Below are positions 47,101-57,300 of a stretch of DNA of 64,000 nucleotides, piece by piece; the stretch's first letter is position 1; every line of letters starts with the position of its first letter. This stretch comes from Planctomycetota bacterium (GTDB lineage: Bacteria > Planctomycetota > B15-G4 > JADJEK01). The position numbers and the translations under genes are program-made. The stretch spans positions 1,653-65,652 of the forward strand of contig JACQZJ010000028.1 in NCBI GenBank assembly GCA_016213895.1, given 5' to 3'. The notes beneath the pieces were generated by a model. The model had not been told where the DNA came from. It saw only the letters and a list, made by a program, of their open reading frames with translations, and made no database searches.

Positions 47101-48297
47101 TCAGTTCCACGTGCTCCACTGGATGAGCCAGAAGAAGCGGTAGCGGTTCTCGGTGGGGCTCGTCTCGAACTCGAACATGCCGAGGGGGAAGAGGGACAGC
47201 TCGGTCTGCTCGGCTGGAGCGCGGCCGGCGGCGCGCAGGAAGTGGCTGCTGTAGTTGGCGCCGAACTGGAAGATGAAGTCGAGCAGGGACCAGGAGGTCT
47301 GGTCGACGCTGCTCTCGTACTCGAAGAGGATGGGGAAGAAGAAGCGCGACGAGTCCATGGCGCCGGCCCTGACCGGGAGCGAAGCGCTGTGCGACCCGAG
47401 CGGGCCGAGGACGCTGAGGTTCATGTCGCCGTCCGCCGCGGCGGGCTGGGTGGGCGCGGCCTGGGCCGCGTCCGGCAGCTCCACGACGTCCGCCGGCAGC
47501 TTGAGCGCTGCAGCGCGGGCGCGCACTCCGTCGCGCACGCGCGCCAGGCTCACGTCCGTGTCGCCGTCCACGCTGAGCACGCGGTCGCCGCAGCGGAAGC
47601 CGGCGTGGTAGGCGGGCGAGCCCGTGACCACGCCCGAGACCACGGTCAGCGGCGCGGCCACGGCGTAGATCTCGGACGCGAGATCGGGCGGAACGGTCGC
47701 GACCTGCAGGCCGGTCAGCTCCTGCACTCCCTTCGAGGTCTCAAGCGGGAACGAATCGGTCTTGGTCTCGGTGACCTTCTTGCTGTCCGGCACGACCTCG
47801 AGGGCGAGGGCGACGCGGCCCTTCGCCTCTCCCTCGCCGCCGCCGGCGCGCGAGAGCTGGAAGGTGAGCGGCGCGCCGGGCGCGAGCACGGGCGCGAGCA
47901 GCTCCTCGAACTGCTGCTTGCTGACGAGCGGTTTGCCGTTCATCGACAGGATGACGTCCCCCTCCACGAGACCGGCCTTGGCGGCGCTCGATCCTTCGCC
48001 CACGCGCTCGACGAAGACGCCTTCCCAGGGTGCGACCGCCAGGTCCTTGGCCAGATCCGCGGTGACCGAGGCCACGACCAGGTTGACCGTGGACTTCTCG
48101 CGCTCGGTCGTGGTCACGCGGTGGATGGCCGGGGCGCTCTCGCTGCCGGGCAGCAGGCGGAAGACCACGCTGCCCCCTTCGCCCAGATCCTTGCGGGCAA
48201 GCTGCACGTCCTCCTTCGGGACCTTGACGGTCACGCCGGCGCATGAGGTCAAGGCGAGCAGCGCGGCGGCAAGAGAGAGCGAGTTCCTGATCAGCAT
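47101..48297 (-). CDS. Lipoprotein with two PDZ domains and a C-terminal domain of unknown function
   Basis: Lipobox (LLALTSCAG). PDZ signatures (GLVEGDVILSMNGKPL and AGFRCGDRVLSVDG). Confidence 0.75.
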   Translation of the reverse strand: MLIRNSLSLAAALLALTSCAGVTVKVPKEDVQLARKDLGEGGSVVFRLLPGSESAPAIHRVTTTEREKSTVNLVVASVTADLAKDLAVAPWEGVFVERVGEGSSAAKAGLVEGDVILSMNGKPLVSKQQFEELLAPVLAPGAPLTFQLSRAGGGEGEAKGRVALALEVVPDSKKVTETKTDSFPLETSKGVQELTGLQVATVPPDLASEIYAVAAPLTVVSGVVTGSPAYHAGFRCGDRVLSVDGDTDVSLARVRDGVRARAAALKLPADVVELPDAAQAAPTQPAAADGDMNLSVLGPLGSHSASLPVRAGAMDSSRFFFPILFEYESSVDQTSWSLLDFIFQFGANYSSHFLRAAGRAPAEQTELSLFPLGMFEFETSPTENRYRFFWLIQWSTWN

Positions 48298-48363
48298 GGC
48301 TGTCTCCGCATCATCTGTCGCCGGGGAAACGAGCGCCGGCGAGGGTTTGGTTCCACGATTCCG

Positions 48364-49620
48364 TCACAACGTGCCCCAGGTCTCGGACTCGAGGATGAGC
48401 AACGCGTTCTTCTCCCACCAGGAGTTCCAGTAGCTCGCGCCGTCCTCCACGCGCGGCTTTTCGTCCCGCGTCGCGCGCGCCGTGAAGAAGCGCTCGACGC
48501 GGTCGAGCGCGCCGCCCTGCTTCTCGCCGTCTCGGTCCACGGCCACGAGCCGGTCCGCGAGCGCGGCGTCGCTCTCCAGCTCGCGGCGCATTTCCTCGAG
48601 CCGGGAGAGGGCGAGCTGGACCACCTGCGGGTCCCTGTCCTCGAGCAGCACGAGCAGGCGCGGCACGATCTCGTACCGCGGCCCGAAGGTCTCGAGGCTC
48701 ACCCTGCCCTCGGCGCGCGTGACGACGACTGCGGAGGGAACGTCTGCCTCCGGGGCGGGGCTCGCCGCGGCGACAGAGACCGGAGCGGCGGCCTCGGGCA
48801 GGGCCCCGGGCAAAACCGGAGCGGGCGCCGGCTCCTCGGCCGCGGCGGGCGCGGCCGCGACCGCTTCCGCGCGTTCCCTGAGCGCGCCGGCCAGCGACGA
48901 GCCGAAGAGGTCGATGGAGCGGCTCACCTCGCGCGCCGCCTGCCGCACGGCCTCGCTGTCCACCTCGAGGCTCAGGTCGAGGAGCGGGCCGCGGCGCACG
49001 GTCCGCACCCTCTCGACCACCTTCTCCACGACCTCGGGCGGCGGCGGCGCCTCGGGCCGAGCCTCGATGCGCAGCGCGCCCGCGTCGCCGAGGACGAGCG
49101 AGACCCCGCCTCCCTGGCGCACGCTCAGCACGTCCCCGGCTCTCGGCTCGAAGACGTTCGCGGGATCGAGCGGCCGCGCGCGCCCGTCTCTGAGCAGCGT
49201 GCCTTCCCCGGCGACGAGCTGCAGGCCGACCGGCTGCGGGACAAAGCGCACGGCCGGCGGCGGCGCCACCGCCGTCTCGCCCTGCGTCTCCGGGAGGTTC
49301 GCCATGACCAGCACGGCCGCGGCCGCGCCGAGCGCCGCCGCCAGGACGTGCGTGCCCGCGCGCCGCACCCGCGCCGCACCGGCCCAGCGCTGCTCGCCCG
49401 CGGTTTCGCCGACCGCGGCCATGATCGACGCCACGTGCTCGCGCGGCGTCGGACCGACCTCGAGCGCGCGCAGCCTGGCCGTGGCCGCGGCAAAGGACGC
49501 GTACTCCTGGCGGCAGGCCGCGCACTGCTCGAAATGCGCGCGCACGGCCTCTTCGAGCGAGCCCGAGAGCCGCGCGTCCAGGATGTCCGAGAACAGGGGG
49601 AGGATCGCCTCACACTTCAT
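48364..49620 (-). CDS. Anti-sigma factor (zinc-finger ZAS-type N-terminus, single TM helix, large extracytoplasmic domain)
   Basis: N-terminal HFEQCAACRQEY (HxxxCxxC) motif. TM helix VLAAALGAAAAVLVMANL. The start overlaps the sigma-factor stop by 11 nt. Confidence 0.7.
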   Translation of the reverse strand: MKCEAILPLFSDILDARLSGSLEEAVRAHFEQCAACRQEYASFAAATARLRALEVGPTPREHVASIMAAVGETAGEQRWAGAARVRRAGTHVLAAALGAAAAVLVMANLPETQGETAVAPPPAVRFVPQPVGLQLVAGEGTLLRDGRARPLDPANVFEPRAGDVLSVRQGGGVSLVLGDAGALRIEARPEAPPPPEVVEKVVERVRTVRRGPLLDLSLEVDSEAVRQAAREVSRSIDLFGSSLAGALRERAEAVAAAPAAAEEPAPAPVLPGALPEAAAPVSVAAASPAPEADVPSAVVVTRAEGRVSLETFGPRYEIVPRLLVLLEDRDPQVVQLALSRLEEMRRELESDAALADRLVAVDRDGEKQGGALDRVERFFTARATRDEKPRVEDGASYWNSWWEKNALLILESETWGTL

Positions 49621-50206
49621 GGCAGGCACCTGGCGCACTGGCCCGGCCGGCGAGGCCGCCGGCCGCCTTCAGGTATTGGTCGCGGAAGGCGAAACGTCCC
49701 CGGTTCACCCGCGACTTCACGGTCCCCACGGCGCAGTCGAGGCTCCTGGCCGCTTCCTCGTAGGAGAAGTCCAGCACGTCGACCAGGCAGAGCGCGCTGC
49801 GGAAAGGCTCCGGCACGCGCTCGAGCGCCGCCTCGATGGCCGCCGCCTCGTCGCTGCGGCCGCGCGGGTCGAACCATCCGCCGGCCGCGGGCGCCGCACT
49901 GAGGTCGCCGGCGCAGACCTCGCGGCGCCGCTGGCGCTGCCTGAGCGCGTCCCGCACGTGGTTCAGGGCGATGCTGAACAGCCAGGAGCGGAACGAGCCC
50001 TCGGGGCGGTAGCGGTGCATGGCCCGGAACACCTTGACCCAGACTTCCTGGGCCAAGTCGAGGGCGGCGTGGTGGTCGTTCACCTGCTTTCCGATCACGG
50101 CCAGGAGGGACGAACCGAAGCGCGCGACGAGCGCCTCGAAGGCGTCGCGGCGGCCTGCCGCGGCCTCCCTGGCGAGATCCTCGTCTGCTGGGTAGGTCTG
50201 ATGCAT
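49610..50206 (-). CDS. ECF (group IV) RNA polymerase sigma factor
   Basis: Region 2 (AALDLAQEVWVKVFRAMHRYRPEGSFRSWLFSIALNHVRD) and region 4 (VLDFSYEEAARSLDCAVGTVKSRVNRGR). Confidence 0.85.
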   Translation of the reverse strand: MHQTYPADEDLAREAAAGRRDAFEALVARFGSSLLAVIGKQVNDHHAALDLAQEVWVKVFRAMHRYRPEGSFRSWLFSIALNHVRDALRQRQRRREVCAGDLSAAPAAGGWFDPRGRSDEAAAIEAALERVPEPFRSALCLVDVLDFSYEEAARSLDCAVGTVKSRVNRGRFAFRDQYLKAAGGLAGRASAPGACHEV

Positions 50207-50343
50207 CCGGACCGCACGGGAAACGCCGGCGCCTGCGCGGAAGTTCCCGCCCGACGCCGATTCTACGCATTCCCCTGCCGCGCGGCCGGGCCGTGTGCGT
50301 ATCCTGGGCGCCTGCCCCGGACCCGTGCGAAGGGAGGCGCGCG

Positions 50344-51408
50344 ATGATCATGCAGACTGTGCTTCTGGCCGCGATGCTCCTCTTCTCGCCGCAGGAGGGC
50401 GCCCAGGAAGCCGCGCCGGCCTGGCAGGACCTCTTCGACGGCCGCACCCTCGATGGGTGGGCGCGGCGGGGAGGCGCCGCGCTCTATTGCGCCGAGGAGG
50501 GCTGCATCGCCGGCGCGTCGGTCCCGCGCACGGCGAACACCTTCCTCTGCACCGAGCGGCTCTACGGCGACTTCATCCTGGAGTACGAGTTCAAGGTCGA
50601 TCCCGAGCTGAACTCGGGTGTGCAGATCCGCAGCTTCCTCGCGGGCGAGCGCGTCACCGGCTACCAGGTCGAGATCGACATGGACCCGAAGCGCGACCGC
50701 TTCTGGACGGCCGGCCTCTACGAGGAACGGCGGCGCGGCTGGCTCGACGACCTGTCGGACAACGAGGCGGCGCGCGCGGCGCACCGACTGGGCGAGTGGA
50801 ACCAGGTGCGGGTGGAGGCGTTGGGGGACCGCATTCGCACCTGGCTGAACGGCGTGCCCGCTGCCGACCTGGTCGACCCGGTCTTGTTTGAGGGCTTCAT
50901 CGGCCTGCAGGTGCACGGCGTGGGAGAGCGCGCGGACCCGCTCGTGGCGCGCTGGCGCAACCTGCGCATCCAGGACCTCGGCCGCCACAGGTGGCGCCGG
51001 TTCCTCGAAGGCCCGGCGGCCGCGCTCGAGAGCGCCGAGGCGTATCTCGACGCGACGCTGGCCATCGAGTTCCGGCTGGAAGGGTGCGGGCTCGTCGCGT
51101 CCTGGGGCGACATCCAGGTCCGGGTCGGGGCGGACCGGGGGAGCGGCGAAGTGCGGGCCGGCGAGGTGCTTCTTCCCTGGCAGATCGCCGCCGGGCAGGT
51201 TCAAGTCATGCCGGCCGACCCGGCCTCTGACCGCCTGACGCTCAGCCGGCACGGGCGGCGCGTGGCGGCGCACCTGAACGGCGTGCGGCTCGCCGATCTC
51301 GAGACCGCGGAGCCCGCGGCCGGCGGCTCCGCGCTGAAGGCCGCGCTCGACGGGCAAGGCGGCGCGGGCGCCGGCATCCTGCTCCTCGAGGTGTTGGCGC
51401 CGGAGTGA
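50344..51408 (+). CDS. Secreted DUF1080 (3-keto-disaccharide hydrolase-like concanavalin/jelly-roll) domain protein
   Basis: Signal peptide MIMQTVLLAAMLLFSP. The DUF1080 hallmark WQDLFDGRTLDGW...NSGVQIRS is present. Confidence 0.7.
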   Translation: MIMQTVLLAAMLLFSPQEGAQEAAPAWQDLFDGRTLDGWARRGGAALYCAEEGCIAGASVPRTANTFLCTERLYGDFILEYEFKVDPELNSGVQIRSFLAGERVTGYQVEIDMDPKRDRFWTAGLYEERRRGWLDDLSDNEAARAAHRLGEWNQVRVEALGDRIRTWLNGVPAADLVDPVLFEGFIGLQVHGVGERADPLVARWRNLRIQDLGRHRWRRFLEGPAAALESAEAYLDATLAIEFRLEGCGLVASWGDIQVRVGADRGSGEVRAGEVLLPWQIAAGQVQVMPADPASDRLTLSRHGRRVAAHLNGVRLADLETAEPAAGGSALKAALDGQGGAGAGILLLEVLAPE

Positions 51409-51415
51409 GCCCTGC

Positions 51416-52321
51416 ATGAACACGGATGACCGGAGCGCCGCCCTGGAGCGGCGCATCGCCGAGCTGGAAGCGGAGCTGGGGCGGCAGCGCACCTGGCGGC
51501 CGCCGGGCCACTTCTACTCGCCCATTCCCGATCCGGCAGAGGTGGAGAAGCGCCAGGAGCGGATCTTCGACTGCACGCCGCGCCACCTGCCCGGCATCGA
51601 CCTGAACGCCGAGCGCCAGCTCGGCCTGCTCGATGAGTTCAAGGAGTACTACCGGGAGATGTCCTTTCCCGTAGAGCGGCAGGACGGGAGGAGGTACTGG
51701 TTCGAAAACATCCAGTATTCCTACTCCGACGCCGTCTTCCTCTACTGCATGATCCGCCACGCGCGCCCGCGGAGCATCATCGAGGTGGGCTCGGGCCACT
51801 CGTCCTGCCTCATGCTCGACACGAGCGACCTCTTCTTCGGCGGCGCCATCGAGTGCACCTTCATCGACCCGTTTCCCGAGGCGCTGCGCGCCCTGCTTCT
51901 GCCGGGAGACGAGGCGCGCGTGCGCATCGTGCCGGAGCCGGTGCAAGACGTGCCGCTCGAGCTGTTCTCCGCGCTCGAGGAGAACGACATCCTCTTCATC
52001 GACTCGACGCACGTGGTCAAGACCGGCGGCGACGTCAACCACCTCTTCTTCGAGGTGCTGCCGCGCCTGGCGCGCGGCGTCTACGTCCATGTGCATGACG
52101 TGCACTTTCCCTTCGAGTACCCGAAGGAGTGGGTGCTGGAGGGCCGCGCCTGGAACGAGACCTACCTGCTGCGCGCCTTCCTCATGTACAACCGCGCCTT
52201 CGAGGTGCAGTGCATGAACACCGCTCTCGAGAGGTTCAGGACCGAGTGGTTCCGCGAGCACATGCCCCTCTGCCTGAAGAACCCGGGAGGCAGCATCTGG
52301 CTCAGGAAGGCGGGCGAGTGA
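51416..52321 (+). CDS. Class I SAM-dependent methyltransferase (Methyltransf_24 / CmcI-like)
   Basis: Sequence IIEVGSGHSS...ILFIDSTH. It starts 8 nt after the DUF1080 gene stop. Confidence 0.75.
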   Translation: MNTDDRSAALERRIAELEAELGRQRTWRPPGHFYSPIPDPAEVEKRQERIFDCTPRHLPGIDLNAERQLGLLDEFKEYYREMSFPVERQDGRRYWFENIQYSYSDAVFLYCMIRHARPRSIIEVGSGHSSCLMLDTSDLFFGGAIECTFIDPFPEALRALLLPGDEARVRIVPEPVQDVPLELFSALEENDILFIDSTHVVKTGGDVNHLFFEVLPRLARGVYVHVHDVHFPFEYPKEWVLEGRAWNETYLLRAFLMYNRAFEVQCMNTALERFRTEWFREHMPLCLKNPGGSIWLRKAGE

Positions 52322-52893
52322 CGCGGCGGCGGCGCGCCGTCCTGCTGCTTCCGCTCCTGGCTCTCGTTTCCTGGAGCGACCCTCCGCCCGTGCCGAGCAA
52401 GAAGGGGCTCGGGGTGCAGATGATCGACGATGCTCTCTCCCTGGGGATCGCCCACGCCACGCTGAACGTGCAGATCGGCGATCTTCTCGTTGCCGCGCCG
52501 CAAGCGGACGACGTGATCGTGGCCTGCGAGGGGCAAGAGGTGCGCTTCGCGGCCCAGGCTGCCGCCGCCCTCGACCTGCAGGTCGAGCCGCTCGCCGCCG
52601 CGGGCGTGCGAGTGTATCTCATCCTGCTGGCGCGCGCGACCGGCGATCCGGCGCGCGACGCGCTCATCCTGCACCGCCACGTCGACCACGCCGGAGAAGG
52701 CGGGCTGCGCCTCGGCCTGTGGACCAGGAAGGAAGGCACGCTCTGCGCCCCGGACTGGCCGCGCCGCATGCACGAGGTCTTCCGCCTGTGCCACGGGCCA
52801 GGGGGCGAGGAGGCGCTGCGCTTCGCCCTGCCGGTCATCGGCATCCAGGACTGGGGCGAGGTGGTCGCGAGCGAGGAGGGCGAACAAGGCTGA
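52318..52893 (+). CDS. Secreted hypothetical protein
   Basis: GTG start overlapping the methyltransferase stop (GTGA). Signal peptide RRRRAVLLLPLLALVSWS. Confidence 0.5.
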   Translation: MTRRRRAVLLLPLLALVSWSDPPPVPSKKGLGVQMIDDALSLGIAHATLNVQIGDLLVAAPQADDVIVACEGQEVRFAAQAAAALDLQVEPLAAAGVRVYLILLARATGDPARDALILHRHVDHAGEGGLRLGLWTRKEGTLCAPDWPRRMHEVFRLCHGPGGEEALRFALPVIGIQDWGEVVASEEGEQG

Positions 52894-53334
52894 GACATCC
52901 TGTCTCAAGCCCTCTGCATGAGACGACGTCGAAGATCGTCGTCGGGGGAGCAGGAGAGGGCGCTCTCCGCCGCCGCTTCGGCGCGCTAACGTGTTCGAAG
53001 GGCCTTGCGCCGCCCGCGGCATCGGCTGCACGGCCGCGCCGAGCCGCGCCGAAGGTCGGGCGCGGGAAGCCAGGTGCCGCGAACGCGGCTCGTCACGGCC
53101 GTGCGTGCCTGCATCTGCGGGCTCTGCTGGCACAAGGCCAGACCTAGCAGTGGTTGACGCGACCGCCCTGACGAGTGAAGGGCGGTCGCGCTGGCGAACT
53201 GTCGCGGGGGTGGGTCCACGTTCTCCGGCACGAGGCGAACGGACGGGATCTTGCCTCTCACGGCTTCAGGGCCAGGGTGCACGCGGTGGTGCGGGCGGGT
53301 TTCTACCGGACGAGCTGGTTGACGGGGGGCAGCG

Positions 53335-54042
53335 TCAGAGAGCCCGGGCGGCGGGAACCTCGCGCATGCTGATCAGGCCGCGCTTCCGCCAGCCGAGTCC
53401 GAGCAGCCAGGTTCTCGCTCGCGCCAGCGGGGGGTCTCCGTCCCTATCGCTCAGGCCGCGGGGCAGCCGGCCCGCGGTCTCCTTCCAGCCGCCGAACCAG
53501 AATCCGCTGGCGAAGGGATCGAGCAGCGCCTTCCCGAGCCGCGCCGCGTGCCGCCGCGCGTTGTTGAGGACGTAGCAGAGAGCGTTCCTCACCTCGCGCG
53601 GCGTCCTCAGGATGCGGGCGTGGTAGCGGTCGGCGAACACCCGCCCGTGGCGCTCCCAGAGCCGGTTCAGCGCCTTGGCCAGCCGAATCAAGAGTCCCTG
53701 CATGCCCTTCGCCAGCGCCTCCCGGTCCTTTCCCTCGCAGATCATGTGCAGGTGGCTCGTCTGCACCGAGTAGTGCGCCAGCCGAAACCCGAACCGGTCG
53801 CACCCAGCCGCGAACGCGCCCTTCAGCACACGGTAGGTCTTCGCGTCGCGGAGCCGCGGCAGGCCCTGCTCGAGCCGCACGGTCACGTGCACGGGGAAGC
53901 GCGCCGCGAGCTTCTCGCGCGTCCTGTGCGACAGCCCGGCCCGCTCCCCCTTGGGCTTGCGTCCGGCGCCGGGACGCCGGCCGCCACGCCTGGCGAACGC
54001 GAACCGTTGCTGGCTCGGGATCGGTTGTCGCTTCCTGCCCAT
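53335..54042 (-). mobile_element. IS200-like Y1 transposase of the REP-associated tyrosine transposase (RAYT) type
   Basis: HLHMICE matches the HuH motif. The catalytic Tyr region (VFADRYHARIL) and an Arg/Gly-rich N-terminus are present. Confidence 0.75.
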
Positions 54043-54362
54043 GTGATTGAGCAGATATTAGCCATTGGCCACCAGGAAGTCAAGCAGAAACCCACAGTTC
54101 ATGCGTGTCACACGACGAGGAAGCGCCCCACCGCGGCGGGGAAGTGGTGATCGACGCGAAGGGACACGGTCTTGCAGCTCGCCCAGGAAGATACGGCCGA
54201 AGCGGCCGTGCGCGCGGCAAGGCCTTGTCGGTCAGAGGGTGGCGGGCGGCGCGTGGATACCGGCGGGGAGGCTGAAGAAACGATCGCAGGGAGCTACAGT
54301 CACTTCAGGAGAGGCCCGTTCACCCCGACGTCGCGGTCGCCGCAGCAACGCAACTGGCTCGC

Positions 54363-57300
54363 TCACTTCACCCTGAGCAACGGCGTGAAGTAGCGGTAGT
54401 AGACCTCGAGCGCCAGCACGCACATGGCCGTGGAGTAGCCGCGGCTCTGGTCCGTGTCGCACGCGCGCTCCGAGTAGGGGCAGATCGGCCGCCACGAGCC
54501 GTCTCGCTGCTGCGCCGGCAAGAGAGTCGCCTTCATGGCCTCGTTCCAGCGCCGCCAGTCCTCGCCGCCGGCGCGGAACAGGGCGAGCGAGCCGTAGTAC
54601 CAGAAGTAGAGGTTGCCCGAGGCGTCCTCGACGAACTGCTCCTCGCCGCGGCAGCGATACTCGGCGGGCGAGCGCTCGAGCACGAACGCGCGCGGCCGCG
54701 CGAACTCGCGCGAGGCGATGTCGTCCCCGAGCAGCGAGAGGGCGAACAGCGCCGCGGGCGTGGACGCGGGCAGCGTGCGGTACGACGAGTCGAGCCGCTC
54801 CGGGTCGTGGCAGTAGCGGTAGAAGCCGCCGCGCGCGTCGTAGGCGTTCTTCAGGAACGCGGCCGCGCGCTCGAACACGACATCCTCCACGGCGAGGCCG
54901 CCGAGGCGCGCCGACTCGAGCGCCATGATCTGCCAGGCGCTGATCGACACGCGCGACCAGCGGTCGAAGTGCTGGCCCTCGGGGTTGTAGTAGCCCCAGC
55001 CTCCGCCCAGGCGCGCGTCGCGGCTCTGGCTCTGGTTCTTGAGGATCTCGGCCACCGCACGTTCCAGGGGCGCGCGCAGCGCCTCGTCCCGCGTCATGGC
55101 GTAGCACTCGGCGAGCGCGTAGGTCGCGATGCCGTGGCTGTAGGACGAGGTCCAGCCGAAGTGGCCGGACTCTTCGTCCTGCACCTCGCGCAGGAAACGG
55201 AGCGCCTTCCCTACCACGCCGCTGTGCTCGGTCGCGGACGCTTGCGTGTGGCCGGCGCCGAGGAAGGCGAGCAGGCAGAGCCCGCTCTTCCCTACGCAGA
55301 CGAAGCCGTACTTGTCCTCGTAGTCGTCCTGCGAGCCCCAGAAGCCGTCCTTGTTCTGCAGGCGCGCCAGGTAGGCGAGGCCGTCCGCGACCGCCTTCTC
55401 GGTCTCGCGGCTCCCACCATGCAGCTCGATCGCCTTCTGCTTCTCGCTGCCGAAGCGGTTGCGATACGGCGTGTGCTCGAGGCGGCGCGGCAGCTCCGCG
55501 TCCGGCTCGCCGGGCGCGGCGCGTGCGATCTCGAGCGCGGGCCCGGGCCGCGGCGAAGGCGGCGCGAGCGGCTGGTCGAAGGCGAGGCGCGCCGGCCCGG
55601 AGGAGCTTTCGGACCGGCGCGGCAGGGCGTCGAGAGCGCGCGGCGCGGGCAACGCGAGGCCCTCTCTCGCGCCCGCGGCCGGCTCGTTCTGAGTTGCCGC
55701 ATCCTGTTCCCAGCCCTCCGGACGGTCGTCGAGCGCCACGTCCAGGAGGTCCCCCGCGGCACGCGCCGGCTCCGCGCCCCCCCGCGCGCGCGGCGGAGCG
55801 CTCTCCGCTAGGGCACCGGCGCGCCTCGGGCCTATCCCCTGCGGCGCGGGCGCGCCCGCGAGCGCGTCTCCCGCGGGAAGCGGCGCCGTCTCGCCGCCGA
55901 AGCGGTCGGGCCCCGGCCCTTTCGGCGAGCGAGCACCCGGCGTGGCGGGCGGCAGGCTCGGCAGCGGCTCGGAAACGCGCGATCCCTCTCCCGGCGCCTG
56001 CGCGAGCGGCGCGAAGGACTCGGCGTCCTCGAGAGCCGGCAGGGAACGTGCGTGCTGCAAGGGCAAGCTTGGCGCGAGAGCAGCCCTTTCTGCCGGCGCT
56101 TCAGGACCCTGGCCGCCATCCTGCGCGCGAACCACGAGCGGCCGGTCGGGCCGGGCCTCCTGCTCGCCGGATGCCGCGCCCGCCCGCACGCCGGGGAGCG
56201 GCTCTCGCGGAGCTGCGGGCGCGCCCCGCTCTGGCGCGCCGCCGATGTCTCTTACGGCGAGGAGGAGCGCGGGCGCATCTGCCGCCATGCGCTCCTGCGG
56301 CGCGCCGTTGTCCGCGAGCGCCACGTCGGGCAGGCCGTCCGCCGCGGAGCGGTCGGGCGCCTCCCCCGGCCGGCGGCCGGGCGCGGGCGGAGCCTCGGGT
56401 CGCGCGCGCGAGGCCGCCGCGAGGGGCGCTGCTTCGAGGCCTTGCACCGGCGGCTGTGCTGCCGCGCGCTCGGGCCCGGCGAGCTCCGCGGCCGCGCGCT
56501 CTGCCCGGAGCACGCCGCCCAGCTCACGTTCCGCCGCGCCGTCCGCGCGCGTCCTGGCGAGGGCCACGTGGAAGAGCGCGTCCCGTCCCCCCGGCGCGTC
56601 GAAGGCGCCGCCTTTGACCGTGACCTGCTGGAAGTACCAGAGCATCAAGAGGTGCAGCACGAGCGCGAGCAGGTAGCAGCGGTAGAGGACGTCGAGCGAC
56701 TCCCAGCGCTTCGCCAGCCAGGCGAGCAGGGCGGCGAGCAAGAGCGCGGCCAGGATCGTCAGGTCGAGCCAGCCGATCGGTCTCCCCGGCATGCGGAACA
56801 GCTCGAGCGAGCGCGCCCGCAGCAGGTCGAAGTCGCCCGCGGCGTTCTCGGCCGAGAACAACAGGGTGAAGCCGTCCGCGGCCGGCAGCGGCCCGCGCTC
56901 GGAGGCAGGCGTGTTCACGCCTGCCACGGGCTTGGCCGGCAGGAAGACGCCGCGGTCGCGCACGCTGCGGTACAGATCGAAGCCGCCGCAGCCGTCCTCG
57001 CGGTCAGAGGCGAAGAGCAGGGCCGCGCCGTCGGCGGAGAGCGCGGGCTCGCGATCGTCCTGCAACGAGTTGACCGCCGCGAGCGGCGCGACGGCGTATT
57101 CCGGGCTCGCGCCGTCCTGCGGCGCCGGTCCGGGAGTCGCCAGGTAGAGGTCGAAGTCGCGCTGGCCGCGGTTCGAGGCGAAGGCGAGCACGCCGCTGCC
57201 CGCCAGGCCGGCCGGATCGGTCTCGTCGGCCGCGCTGTTCAGACCGCCGCCGGCCGGCTCTGGCAGGTCGAACACGCCGCTTCGCACGCGGCTCACGTAC

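Noticed and set aside
52921-52946. A small hairpin (GACGACG...CGTCGTC) after the secreted-protein gene, considered as a terminator
   Set aside because: No downstream T-run follows and the stem is short. It was left uncalled.
53290-54130. REP palindromes flanking the RAYT
   Set aside because: Inspection by eye found none. A computational repeat search is needed before any call.
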